12,550 nt of DNA, taken from a virus. Its lineage: Duplodnaviria; Heunggongvirae; Uroviricota; Caudoviricetes. Location: the IMG/VR virus record IMGVR_UViG_2609459803_000003, positions 1 through 12,550 of that record; one strand, 5' to 3'. Of the stretch, positions 1 to 6,869 are shown in pieces. A program made the translations under genes and the position numbers. The number at the start of each line of letters is the position of its first letter. Position 1 is the first letter of the stretch. The notes under the pieces are model-generated. The model was given only the letters and a program-made list of their open reading frames with translations, searched no databases and had not been told where the DNA came from.

Positions 1-327
1 GGCGGTGTTATCTGCGTGACCTGGTTCATCAATAGTACCCAGGTTAAGCACACTGACGGCACGCATATTATCAGCATCGATAAAGCAGCGGGTGCCTTCA
101 TCTGCAAGATCTTTAGAATAACGGGTAAAGTCATCGATGCTGGCAGTGGAAAGCGCACCACGGAAACGGAAGCGATTTAAATTAAATTTTTCCAGATCAT
201 GAATGCGGAAATTCTCAGGCAATGCCACAGCATCGGCACCAATCTTACTGATAATTTCATTAACACTCTGAGCAGAAATAAGGGCATGGATTTGATTAAT
301 TGCGGTTGCGTCTAAGTTCTGAGACAT
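1..327 (-). CDS. Conserved prophage early-region protein, N-terminal 109 codons only (gene continues beyond window start); tentatively YfdQ/DUF2303-like
   Basis: Minus-strand ATG at 327..325 preceded by GAGGA Shine-Dalgarno (revcomp of 333-339); open frame to window edge translating [67 protein letters not shown]... Not in ORF track because truncated by the window. Family assignment is from memory of prophage gene neighbourhoods, not a search. Confidence 0.7.
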   Translation of the reverse strand, partial: MSQNLDATAINQIHALISAQSVNEIISKIGADAVALPENFRIHDLEKFNLNRFRFRGALSTASIDDFTRYSKDLADEGTRCFIDADNMRAVSVLNLGTIDEPGHADNTA

Positions 328-392
328 AATAAGTCCTCACTATATAAAGATATTCAGTGATGAGATAAATAATCAGTTAATTAAGAACGATA

Positions 393-755
393 TTAATGAC
401 CTGCTGCGCGGAGTTTTCCGTCAGGTTCACCGGCAAGAGTCAGTAACTGTCCCTGGTCTTCCTGCAGAATAGTCAGGCGACCACCGCGATTGACATACAT
501 CGGCGTTTCGGTGGTGTCTTCTTCGGAAATTTTCCCGCGGTTAGTCGGGCGAACATATGAGAGTTTGTGTTTGATTTTCACACGGTTCTCATCAAATGGT
601 TCGATTTCCAGGTTGAGTGAGACCTTACCTTTGGTTTTCGTGTTCATCACACCGGAAGCGACTTCACTGAGAACTGCGCCGATTTTGGTTTCAAATACGC
701 CGCCGTCCAGCTCCCCGATAAATGCCTGCACATCAGTACTGCGTTCGCTAGCCAT
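393..755 (-). CDS. Small conserved prophage protein (120 aa), function unknown (possibly YfdP-like)
   Basis: Internal start of the 226-aa track ORF: ATG at 755 has a GAGGAG Shine-Dalgarno 7 nt upstream, whereas the upstream 105 codons are Arg/Cys-rich junk (MRLSARGLRLRL...). Product MASERSTDVQAFIGELDGGVFETKIGAVLSEV... Stop TAA at 393-395. Sits 65 bp upstream of the next leftward gene, operon-like. Confidence 0.75.
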   Translation of the reverse strand: MASERSTDVQAFIGELDGGVFETKIGAVLSEVASGVMNTKTKGKVSLNLEIEPFDENRVKIKHKLSYVRPTNRGKISEEDTTETPMYVNRGGRLTILQEDQGQLLTLAGEPDGKLRAAGH

Positions 756-1354
756 TTTGCTGCTCCTCATCATATCGACCCTGCAAGGCCGATTAGTTTC
801 TCCACAAAACAGAGAAGAACACCTGCGGTGGCAGCCGCCCGGATGGATTGGTTTATGAGCCCGTCGTCCGGTGATGCTCTTCTCTGTTTTGTAAAAAGAG
901 CGGTACCAGCCGGAAGCAAGGGTACAAACTGGTACCGCCAGGACTACACACAGCATAAAGTTGTGGTGCCGGGTGCCTCCCGGTGCCTGGCGAAGGTTGC
1001 ACACCAGGCGGGTGGGTATCCACAGAAGGTCGACTGTCAGCCTCAACCTTAACCCGCGTGCGCTGAGCCGCATTCACCACAACGCTAAGGATTCTCTTTG
1101 GTTGAAAATACTTAGCTGTTATGTGCCTGTCTTTTCACCACTTCAGGCTCGGTGGTATCCTTTTAAGCCCGTATACATAAAAGGAAAATCAAATGACTTT
1201 TGATGAAAAAGAACTTGATAATGCATTAATAAAATCATCGTAACGTCGCTCTTTTCCTGTCTCAGCGACACTCAGCAGAAACAGTTCTACGAATCGGCTT
1301 TCAACATGATCGAGCGTTGTTGTTTCTGCGATGCCGACGAGTTACCTGAAAAAA

Positions 1355-1630
1355 TCAGGAAACAGTTGGCTGATGCTCTTCGAGTGCGACTTTCTGACCA
1401 ATTTTCTGAAATGTACTCTCCGAATTTGGACAAATAGAAAAAGGCCATTTCCATTCAGGGTCTGATGGAAATACTTCAGCCTGTTCCAAAGCACGGCGTA
1501 AAGAGAACACAACTCCAGCCATAATCTGATGTTTCCCATTGGTCCAGCTATCGCCGCTCTGATCTACAGGGGCGGCTATGTCGTATGACCAAACGACTTC
1601 ACAGTTATTGTTTAAAATCTGGACTTTCAT
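1355..1630 (-). CDS. Hypothetical protein (91 aa) occupying the first leftward (N-gene) position; not N-like
   Basis: ORF-track ORF 1355..1651; I prefer the internal ATG at 1630 because AGGTG lies 6 nt upstream, while the 1651 ATG has no SD and abuts a GTGCC/GGCAC hairpin (1653-1666). Product MKVQILNNNCEVVWSYDIAAPVDQSGDSWTNGKHQ... has protein-like composition and no arginine-rich motif. AT-richer than flanks. Overlapped antisense by a 43-codon plus-strand ORF (1306..1437), so the call is uncertain. Confidence 0.45.
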   Translation of the reverse strand: MKVQILNNNCEVVWSYDIAAPVDQSGDSWTNGKHQIMAGVVFSLRRALEQAEVFPSDPEWKWPFSICPNSESTFQKIGQKVALEEHQPTVS

Positions 1631-1837
1631 TTCATACACCTGCTTTAACATGAGTGCCTAGTGGCACAACATGACTCAACGAATCATCCTGGACTTCATA
1701 TGCCCCAGGCGGCTACTTCGTGGGCGTCCTGCCTGTTCGTTTTTGACATTTACTGACTGCTTACGACACATGCACCGTGTTGCAACCAGATTTTGTTGTA
1801 ATCCTGTAGTTGGTCTGGAACAAAAGATAAAATTAAA

Positions 1838-1874
1838 TTGCGAGATATGCAAGTGATATTTGCGGAATATGCAA
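1838..1874. promoter_or_regulatory. OL-like operator pair: two 15-bp sites TTGCGAGATATGCAA (1838-1852) and TTGCGGAATATGCAA (1860-1874), with a candidate leftward promoter overlapping them
   Basis: Both sites have TTGC-N7-GCAA dyad symmetry and match the 15-mer TTGCGTGATAAGCAA at 2641-2655 on the other side of the repressor gene. Centres are 22 bp apart. On the minus strand TTGCAT, a 17-nt spacer and TATCTT form a plausible sigma70 promoter pointing left. Confidence 0.5.
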
Positions 1875-1881
1875 ATTGATA

Positions 1882-1908
1882 GGTAATAAAAAGCCACCTT
1901 TCGGTGGC
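1882..1908 (-). terminator. Rho-independent terminator downstream of the repressor gene
   Basis: Minus-strand reading: GCCACC-GAAA-GGTGGC perfect 6-bp GC-rich stem with tetraloop, followed immediately by TTTTTATTACC. Located 20 bp after the repressor stop (1928). Confidence 0.7.
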
Positions 1909-1927
1909 CGATGGAAGGATATTGAGG

Positions 1928-2620
1928 TTAATTATGTCTCTTAAGGGTTTGCGACTGACTGATTAAGACCTTTCCAAAGACCATGAATCGGTGTTCGTTT
2001 TCGCTAGTAATTCCCCATTCACGGTAAATCTGGTTATCAGAAATCACCAGCAGTTTGTCAGGAATCATTTGAAGTCTTTTAACGTATATTTTGTCATCAA
2101 AACCAAAGACATATATACCATCACCATCAAACTGATTGATGCTGACATCAACGAAGATGAGATCTCCTGGCTCAATGGTTGGACACATACTGTCCCCACG
2201 AACGTTGATAACTTTGATGTGATTGGCTGGTCGTCCGCCGAACATTGATACAGCATTATCAGTTCTGTATTCGATGGCATGAATCACATCAATGACATCA
2301 CCGCCCTGGATAAGGCCATTTCCCGCACTGGCACTGATATCCAGCATTTCAATACGGAACACATCCTTCACCTGCGCAACATCCTCATCATTACTGTTTT
2401 TATATACAGTATTACTTTTGTGGGCAGAGGTAAAGAGATCAGCAATATCAACACCTAAGCTCTTGGCAATATTACTCAGTGTTTGTTCGGTAAATTGTTT
2501 TTGCTTACCCGTTTCTAAGCGCGAGATGTTCGCCGCATCTACTCCTATTGCTTCAGCGAGATCGGCGATTTTCATGTTCTTCGCTTGGCGAAGTTGTCTG
2601 ACTCGGTTTCCTATGTTCAT
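1928..2620 (-). CDS. cI: cI-like prophage repressor (N-terminal HTH_XRE, C-terminal S24 LexA-like autopeptidase domain)
   Basis: 230-aa ORF. N-terminus MNIGNRVRQLRQAKNMKIADLAEAIGVDAANISRLETGKQ is a classic XRE helix-turn-helix. C-terminal half carries the Ser/Lys dyad context of S24 peptidases (VRGDSMCPTIEPGDLIFVD ... IYVKRLQ). Divergent from a cro-like gene across an operator-bearing intergenic region. No Shine-Dalgarno before the ATG, compatible with a leaderless transcript as for lambda cI. Confidence 0.9.
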   Translation of the reverse strand: MNIGNRVRQLRQAKNMKIADLAEAIGVDAANISRLETGKQKQFTEQTLSNIAKSLGVDIADLFTSAHKSNTVYKNSNDEDVAQVKDVFRIEMLDISASAGNGLIQGGDVIDVIHAIEYRTDNAVSMFGGRPANHIKVINVRGDSMCPTIEPGDLIFVDVSINQFDGDGIYVFGFDDKIYVKRLQMIPDKLLVISDNQIYREWGITSENEHRFMVFGKVLISQSQTLKRHN

Positions 2621-2640
2621 GCGTTTATTACATTTCTTTA

Positions 2641-2717
2641 TTGCGTGATAAGCAAATCAACTTGCGCAAAATAATTGCGTGAAATAACATGCATAACGCG
2701 CAATATTTGGAGGGCGT
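2641..2717. promoter_or_regulatory. OR-like operator/promoter region between divergent repressor and cro-like genes
   Basis: Contains the 15-mer TTGCGTGATAAGCAA (2641-2655), the perfect palindrome TTGCGCAA (2662-2669), and further TTGCG / CGCAA half-sites (2675-2679, 2699-2703). Candidate rightward promoter: TTGCGC (2662-2667), 17-nt spacer, TAACAT (2685-2690), followed by GGAGG (2708-2712) and the cro-like ATG at 2718. Confidence 0.55.
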
Positions 2718-2978
2718 ATGCAATCACCATTACGAAATGTGCGTAAGGCGCATGGTTTCACTTTGCAGCATGTTGCTGCGGGTGTTCAAGTCAATCCAGC
2801 GACGTTGAGTCGTATTGAGAGGCTGGAGCAGATTCCATCTATCGAGCTTGCAGAACGTTTAGCCAATTTTTTTAAGGGTGAAGTCAGCGAAATGCAGATT
2901 CTTTATCCGGCACGTTTTCAATCTAGCCAAAACCAGAATGGGTTTAAACCACAGGAACAGGAGGTGAACCGTGGGTAA
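2718..2978 (+). CDS. cro: Cro-like HTH transcriptional regulator
   Basis: 86-aa ORF with GGAGG 6 nt upstream. N-terminal HTH signature HGFTLQHVAAGVQVNPATLSRIERLEQ. First rightward gene, divergent from the repressor. Confidence 0.8.
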   Translation: MQSPLRNVRKAHGFTLQHVAAGVQVNPATLSRIERLEQIPSIELAERLANFFKGEVSEMQILYPARFQSSQNQNGFKPQEQEVNRG

Positions 2979-3522
2979 GCATCACTGGAAAGTAGAAAAA
3001 CAGCCTGAGTGGTACGTGAAAGCTGTCAGAAAAACTATCGCAGCGTTGCCGGGGGGTTACGCTGAAGCAGCTGACTGGCTGGATGTAACAGAGAACGCAT
3101 TATTTAATCGCCTTCGTGCCGATGGCGATCAAATTTTCCCGCTGGGATGGGCAATGATTTTACAACGTGCTGGTGGAACTCACTTCATTGCTGACGCTGT
3201 GGCGCAGTCTGCAAATGGCGTCTTTGTGTCTCTTCCTGATGTCGAGGATGTGGACAACGCCGATATCAACCAACGTCTGCTGGAAGTCATTGAACAGATC
3301 GGCAGTTATTCAAAACAGATTCGTTCAGCAATTGAAGACGGTGTAGTGGAACCGCATGAGAAGACAGCAATTAACGATGAGCTGTACCTCTCAATTTCGA
3401 AGCTGCAGGAGCATGCAGCACTGGTCTACAAAATTTTTTGCATTTCAGAAAGTAATGACGCCCGCGAGTGTGCAGCTCCGGGCGCCGTGGCGTGTCGTGA
3501 CTGTGGAGAAACTAACGCATGA
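2971..3522 (+). CDS. Early regulatory protein at the cII position (183 aa; cII/YdaT-like by position, not confirmed by sequence)
   Basis: GTG start at 2971 (ORF track shows M) with GGAGGTGA SD 6 nt upstream; overlaps the cro-like stop by 8 nt. Product begins [48 protein letters not shown] and ends in a Cys-rich tail [17 protein letters not shown]. Function inferred from synteny only. Confidence 0.65.
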   Translation: MGKHHWKVEKQPEWYVKAVRKTIAALPGGYAEAADWLDVTENALFNRLRADGDQIFPLGWAMILQRAGGTHFIADAVAQSANGVFVSLPDVEDVDNADINQRLLEVIEQIGSYSKQIRSAIEDGVVEPHEKTAINDELYLSISKLQEHAALVYKIFCISESNDARECAAPGAVACRDCGETNA

Positions 3523-3857
3523 ACAGTTTAACAACACACTACCGTCGCTCGCAACTGATTGCGCTTCCTGTACCGGGTGGAAAAGCGAAGGTGGAGTATT
3601 GCTATGCAGTGAATGTACCAGGTGACAGGGAAATTGTAACCCACAGCTTTGCAGAGTGGGCTGTGGGGGATTTCAACCGGCAGAAGGAGACAGTCCTTTG
3701 CGACAAGTTAACCGCTGGTTCAAAGATCACTACGGAGTGCCCGTCAGAGTCATTCGTTGGGAGCCGGAAACACAACGGGTTATCTACCTCCGCGAAGGCT
3801 ATGAGCATGAGTGCTTCAGCCCGCTCGAACAGTTTCGTCGTAAATTCAGGGAAATAG
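3519..3857 (+). CDS. Hypothetical early protein; the 5' part is well supported, the 3' half of this frame looks non-protein-like (probable frameshift, see findings)
   Basis: ATG at 3519 overlaps the upstream stop (ATGA) and has GGAGAA 8 nt upstream. N-terminal translation [52 protein letters not shown] is protein-like; the remainder (…[22 protein letters not shown]) is Ser-rich low complexity. Confidence 0.5.
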   Translation: MNSLTTHYRRSQLIALPVPGGKAKVEYCYAVNVPGDREIVTHSFAEWAVGDFNRQKETVLCDKLTAGSKITTECPSESFVGSRKHNGLSTSAKAMSMSASARSNSFVVNSGK

Positions 3858-3877
3858 AGGTCGGTCATGAGCACTAA
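3626..3877 (+). CDS. Alternative-frame ORF overlapping the 3' half of 3519..3857; probably the true C-terminal reading frame of the same gene
   Basis: Frame open from 3626 (ORF track lists it from a GTG at 3656). Translation ...[58 protein letters not shown] is protein-like. Stop TAA 3875-3877 overlaps the next gene start by 11 nt. No convincing SD of its own. Confidence 0.4.
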   Translation, partial: QGNCNPQLCRVGCGGFQPAEGDSPLRQVNRWFKDHYGVPVRVIRWEPETQRVIYLREGYEHECFSPLEQFRRKFREIEVGHEH

Positions 3878-4484
3878 ATTAACCGGCTATGTATGGGATG
3901 GTTGCGCTGCATCAGGCATGAAATTATCCAGCGTGGCAGTTATGGCCCGCCTGGCTGATTTCAGTAATGACGAAGGTGTGTGCTGGCCATCAATTGAAAC
4001 CATTGCCCGCCAGATTGGCGCGGGGATGAGTACCGTCAGAACGGCTATCGCACGGCTGGAAGCAGAAGGCTGGTTAACGCGTAAGGCGCGTCGCCAGGGT
4101 AACCGCAATGCGTCGAATGTTTATCAGCTTAACGTTGCGAAGCTTCAGGCAGCGGCATTTTCTCAACTGTCAGATTCTGACCCGTCAAAATCTGACGCAT
4201 CAAAATCTGACCCGTCAAAATTTGATGCGTCGAAATCTGGCAAAAAAGCGGGTTTTCACCCGTCAGAATCTGGCGGGGATCCGTCAGTAAAATCAAAACA
4301 TGATCCGTCAGATAAAAAAACTTCTCGTCCGGACGCTTCGCAACCGGACACGCAGACGGATGAACAGGATTTTTTAACTCGCCATCCTGATGCGGTTGTA
4401 TTCAGCCCTAAAAAGCGCCAGTGGGGAACGCAGGATGATTTGACCTGCGCACAGTGGCTCTGGAAAAAAATCATCGCCCTGTAA
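3867..4484 (+). CDS. Replication initiator, lambda O-like (N-terminal HTH DNA-binding domain plus iteron-encoding linker); C-terminal domain apparently missing
   Basis: 205-aa ORF with GAGG 9 nt upstream. N-terminus [70 protein letters not shown] is a winged-HTH replication-initiator type. Middle encodes SDPSKSDASKSDPSKFDASKS from a tandem DNA repeat, as the lambda O gene carries ori iterons internally. Only about 45 codons follow the repeat region before the stop, abutting a rusA remnant. Confidence 0.8.
   Translation: MSTKLTGYVWDGCAASGMKLSSVAVMARLADFSNDEGVCWPSIETIARQIGAGMSTVRTAIARLEAEGWLTRKARRQGNRNASNVYQLNVAKLQAAAFSQLSDSDPSKSDASKSDPSKFDASKSGKKAGFHPSESGGDPSVKSKHDPSDKKTSRPDASQPDTQTDEQDFLTRHPDAVVFSPKKRQWGTQDDLTCAQWLWKKIIAL
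4171..4320. repeat. Iteron array / candidate origin of replication embedded in the O-like gene
   Basis: Four tandem 15-bp units (TCTGACCCGTCAAAA 4176-4190, TCTGACGCATCAAAA 4191-4205, TCTGACCCGTCAAAA 4206-4220, TTTGATGCGTCGAAA 4221-4235), then further CCGTCAG motifs at 4260, 4281 and 4305, and an A-run (4311-4320). GACGCATCA (4194-4202) and TGATGCGTC (4224-4232) are exact inverse complements. Confidence 0.65.
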
Positions 4485-4485
4485 C

Positions 4486-4665
4486 CGGATCCGCGATCTG
4501 GACAACTATAACAAGGCGCTGTTTGACGCCCTGACCCACGCGGGTGTGTGGGAAGACGACAGTCAGGTGAAAAGAATGCTGGTGGAGTGGGGACCGGTTA
4601 TCCCGGAAGGGAAGGTCGAGATCACTATCAGTAAGTACGAGAAACCGGCGGGTGCAGCCGCCTGA
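4486..4665 (+). pseudogene. rusA: rusA (Holliday-junction resolvase) 3' remnant lacking start codon and N-terminal half
   Basis: Frame open only from the stop at 4441-4443, with no start codon before the internal Met. Translation RIRDLDNYNKALFDALTHAGVWEDDSQVKRMLVEWGPVIPEGKVEITISKYEKPAGAAA resembles the C-terminal part of E. coli RusA as I recall it (…[28 protein letters not shown]…). Stop TGA 4663-4665. Confidence 0.7.
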
Positions 4666-4684
4666 TTAAGAGGAGAAACGAAGT

Positions 4685-5482
4685 ATGAATAATCTGATGG
4701 TTATTGATGGTATTGAAGTTCGTCGTGATGCTTATGGGCGTTACAGCCTGAACGATCTGCACAGGGCTGCCGGTTCTCTGGATAAGCATAAGCCTGCATT
4801 CTGGCTCCGCAATGAGCAAACTGAACGTTTAATAAGCGAGTTGCAAATTTGCAACTCGGTCAATATAGAGCCAGTTAACGTTATTCGTGGCGGAAATAAC
4901 CAGGGGACGTATGTCTGCAAAGAACTGGTGTATGCCTATGCAATGTGGATCAGCCCGTCATTCCATCTGAAGGTGATCCGTACTTTCGATATGGTAACCA
5001 GCACACCTGAAAAATTATCCGGGCAGGCTGCTGACAAGATGCAGGCTGGCGTGATCCTGCTGGACTTTATGCGCCGGGAATTAAACCTGTCTAACTCATC
5101 AGTGCTTGGAGCCTGTCAGAAGCTTCAGGAGGCTGTTGGCTTACCGAATCTGGCACCGCGCTATGCCATTGATGCTCCTGCTGATGCACACGATGGCTCA
5201 AGTCGCCCGACACTGTCACTGAGTGCACTGCTGAAACAGTATGGTATCCGCCTGACGGCTAATCAGGCATATCACCAGATGGTGAAGCTGGGGATCGTCG
5301 AGCAGCGCGAACGATACAGCCGTACCGCGATTAACAACATCAAAAAATTCTGGTCGCTGACAGCGAAAGGCTGCATGTTCGGCAAGAACATCACCAGTCC
5401 CGCAAATCCGCGCGAGACGCAGCCGCATTTCTTCGAGTCCCGATTCCCTGAGCTGTTAAAGCTGCTCGATACCGTTCATTGA
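4685..5482 (+). CDS. KilA-N domain protein (antirepressor-like), C-terminal domain of unknown function
   Basis: 265-aa ORF with AAGAGGAGAAA SD before the ATG. N-terminal 100 aa (…YGRYSLNDLHRAAG…KPAFWLRNEQTERLI…VIRGGNNQGTYVCKELVYAYAMWISPSFHLKVIRTFD) matches the KilA-N signature from memory. Confidence 0.8.
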   Translation: MNNLMVIDGIEVRRDAYGRYSLNDLHRAAGSLDKHKPAFWLRNEQTERLISELQICNSVNIEPVNVIRGGNNQGTYVCKELVYAYAMWISPSFHLKVIRTFDMVTSTPEKLSGQAADKMQAGVILLDFMRRELNLSNSSVLGACQKLQEAVGLPNLAPRYAIDAPADAHDGSSRPTLSLSALLKQYGIRLTANQAYHQMVKLGIVEQRERYSRTAINNIKKFWSLTAKGCMFGKNITSPANPRETQPHFFESRFPELLKLLDTVH

Positions 5483-5483
5483 G

Positions 5484-6479
5484 GTGACCGTGAGAGCACT
5501 ACTGACCCCTGAAATTGCCCCGCGTATGGGGATCGTTTTGTTCAGACCAGGTTCAGAGCTGATGCCCCTGTTTATGCAGGGGCGTGTCCTGCTGGAGCCT
5601 GAGCCGGAACGTTATTCATCTTTCGCCAGTGGTGCCGTTCCGGCGGCATCACAACCGCTGGCGGATGATCCTGCCGTTCGGGCCGTGTTCCGCAATGAGG
5701 CAGTGATCCGTCGTGCTGGTGGCGTGGAATGTCTTGAAAGCTGGTTACTTCGTGAAAAAGGCTGCCAGTGGCCTCATTCCGACTGGCACAGCGAGAACAT
5801 GACCACAATGCGACACGCTCCGGGCGCAATCCGTCTGTGCTGGCACTGCGATAACCAGCTGCGCGATCAGTTCACGGAACGGCTGGAATCAATGGCAACG
5901 GATAACTGTGCCCGCTGGGTGTTGTCTGTTGTGCGTCGGGATCTTGGTTTTGATGACAGTCACGTTGTGACAATGCCGGAACTGTGCTGGTGGCTGGTTC
6001 GTAATGATCTGGCGGATGCCTTACCGGAAAGCGCAGCCCGTAAGGCACTGAGATTACCGAAGCCTGTTGTGCAGGCGGTCACCCGGGAAAGTGACCTTGT
6101 ACCTTCGGTTCCTGCCACCAGCATTATCCAGGATAAAGCGAAAAAGGTGCTGGCGCTGAAAGTGGATCCGGAGTCGCCGGAGTCTTTTATGTTACGCCCA
6201 AAACGCCGCCGCTGGGTTAATGAAAAGTACACGCGCTGGGTTAAGACACAGCCGTGTGCATGTTGTGGAAAGCCTGCTGATGATCCCCACCACCTGATAG
6301 GTCACGGTCAGGGTGGAATGGGTACAAAAGCGCATGACCTCTTTGTGTTGCCTTTGTGCAGAAAGCATCACGACGAGCTGCATGCGGATACCGTGGCATT
6401 TGAAGAGAAGTATGGCTCCCAACTGGAGCTGATATTTCGTTTTATCGATCGCGCGCTGGCGATTGGTGTGTTGGCCTGA
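5484..6479 (+). CDS. DUF968-like protein (YdfU family) with C-terminal HNH-like Cys/His motif
   Basis: 331-aa ORF. C-terminus …WVKTQPCACCGKPADDPHHLIGHGQGGMGTKAHDLFVLPLCRKHHDELHAD has a C-x-CC…HH…H…C…HH…H zinc-finger/HNH-like pattern. Start is GTG at 5484 (track shows M), 1 nt after the upstream stop with no clear SD, so the start is uncertain (translational coupling or a downstream ATG at 5526). Sits immediately upstream of Q, as ydfU does in Qin-type prophages. Confidence 0.65.
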   Translation: MTVRALLTPEIAPRMGIVLFRPGSELMPLFMQGRVLLEPEPERYSSFASGAVPAASQPLADDPAVRAVFRNEAVIRRAGGVECLESWLLREKGCQWPHSDWHSENMTTMRHAPGAIRLCWHCDNQLRDQFTERLESMATDNCARWVLSVVRRDLGFDDSHVVTMPELCWWLVRNDLADALPESAARKALRLPKPVVQAVTRESDLVPSVPATSIIQDKAKKVLALKVDPESPESFMLRPKRRRWVNEKYTRWVKTQPCACCGKPADDPHHLIGHGQGGMGTKAHDLFVLPLCRKHHDELHADTVAFEEKYGSQLELIFRFIDRALAIGVLA

Positions 6480-6496
6480 TTTGGTGGAGAAAGTTG

Positions 6497-6862
6497 ATGC
6501 GTGATATTCAGATGGTTCTGGAGCGTTGGGGAGCATGGGCGGCGAGTGATAGTTCTGGAGTAGACTATTCGCCTATAGCTGCTGGGTTTAAGGGGCTTCT
6601 TCCCTACACAAGCAAAACACGTCAGGCTTGTTCAGATAGTGATGCATTAATTATTGAAGGTTGTCTTGCTCGTCTAAAGCAAAAAAAGCCAGATGAGCAC
6701 TCGCTGCTTGTGGCACATTATTTATACAGAATATCCAAGCGTAAGATTGCAAAGGTGCGTGGAAAGGATGAAAAATTGGTACGCATAGAAATACAACTAG
6801 CCGAAGGATTTATTGATGGTTGCCTTTCAATGTTGGATGTTAACCTTGAAATGGACGCTTAG
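6497..6862 (+). CDS. Q: Late-gene antiterminator Q
   Basis: ATG at 6497 with GGAG 7 nt upstream (the track ORF begins 3 nt earlier at a TTG). Product MRDIQMVLERWGAWAASDSSGVDYSPIAAGFKGL…CLARLKQKKPDEHSLLVAHYLY…IQLAEGFIDGCLSMLDVNLEMDA closely resembles the Qin-type Q (QuuQ) as I recall it. Lies upstream of the lysis cassette. Confidence 0.75.
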   Translation: MRDIQMVLERWGAWAASDSSGVDYSPIAAGFKGLLPYTSKTRQACSDSDALIIEGCLARLKQKKPDEHSLLVAHYLYRISKRKIAKVRGKDEKLVRIEIQLAEGFIDGCLSMLDVNLEMDA

Positions 6863-6869
6863 GGTTGCA

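Noticed and set aside
393-1073. 226-aa minus-strand ORF from the six-frame track
   Set aside because: Only the last 120 codons look like protein and they have their own strong SD (GAGGAG) before the ATG at 755; the upstream 105 codons are Arg/Cys/Pro-rich read-through of GC-rich non-coding DNA. Called as 393..755 instead.
490-1203. Plus- and minus-strand ORFs 490..858, 828..1052, 853..1080 and 961..1203
   Set aside because: They overlap a better-supported gene or lie in the GC-rich region where long open frames arise by chance; translations are low-complexity with no SD.
1447-1472. Inverted repeat ATTTCCAT / ATGGAAAT followed on the minus strand by a T-rich stretch, a possible terminator inside the 91-aa ORF
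   Set aside because: The stem is AT-rich and is separated from the T-run by GGCC; too weak to call as an intrinsic terminator, though it adds to the uncertainty of that ORF.
1671-1897. ORFs 1671..1856 (+) and 1676..1897 (-) in the region left of the repressor
   Set aside because: They run across the operator repeats and terminator; compositions are not protein-like; the region is better explained as regulatory.
1991-2648. Plus-strand ORFs 1991..2248 and 2292..2648 and minus ORF 2065..2280
   Set aside because: Antisense or alternate-frame overlaps of the clearly identified cI-like repressor gene.
3356-3874. ORFs 3356..3625 (+) and 3602..3874 (-)
   Set aside because: Alternate-frame or antisense overlaps of better-supported early genes; no SD and no protein-like features.
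4108-4474. ORFs 4108..4290 (+) and 4256..4474 (-), and the possibility that the tandem repeat at 4176-4235 is a CRISPR array
   Set aside because: The ORFs are alternate-frame readings of the iteron repeat (giving QNLT repeats). The repeat units are 15 bp, contiguous and without spacers, and lie inside a replication initiator gene, so they are iterons, not CRISPR repeats.
5216-6536. Minus-strand ORFs 5216..5428, 5572..5829, 5960..6232 and 6192..6536
   Set aside because: Antisense to the KilA-N, DUF968-like and Q genes, which have recognisable domains; typical shadow ORFs in GC-rich coding DNA.
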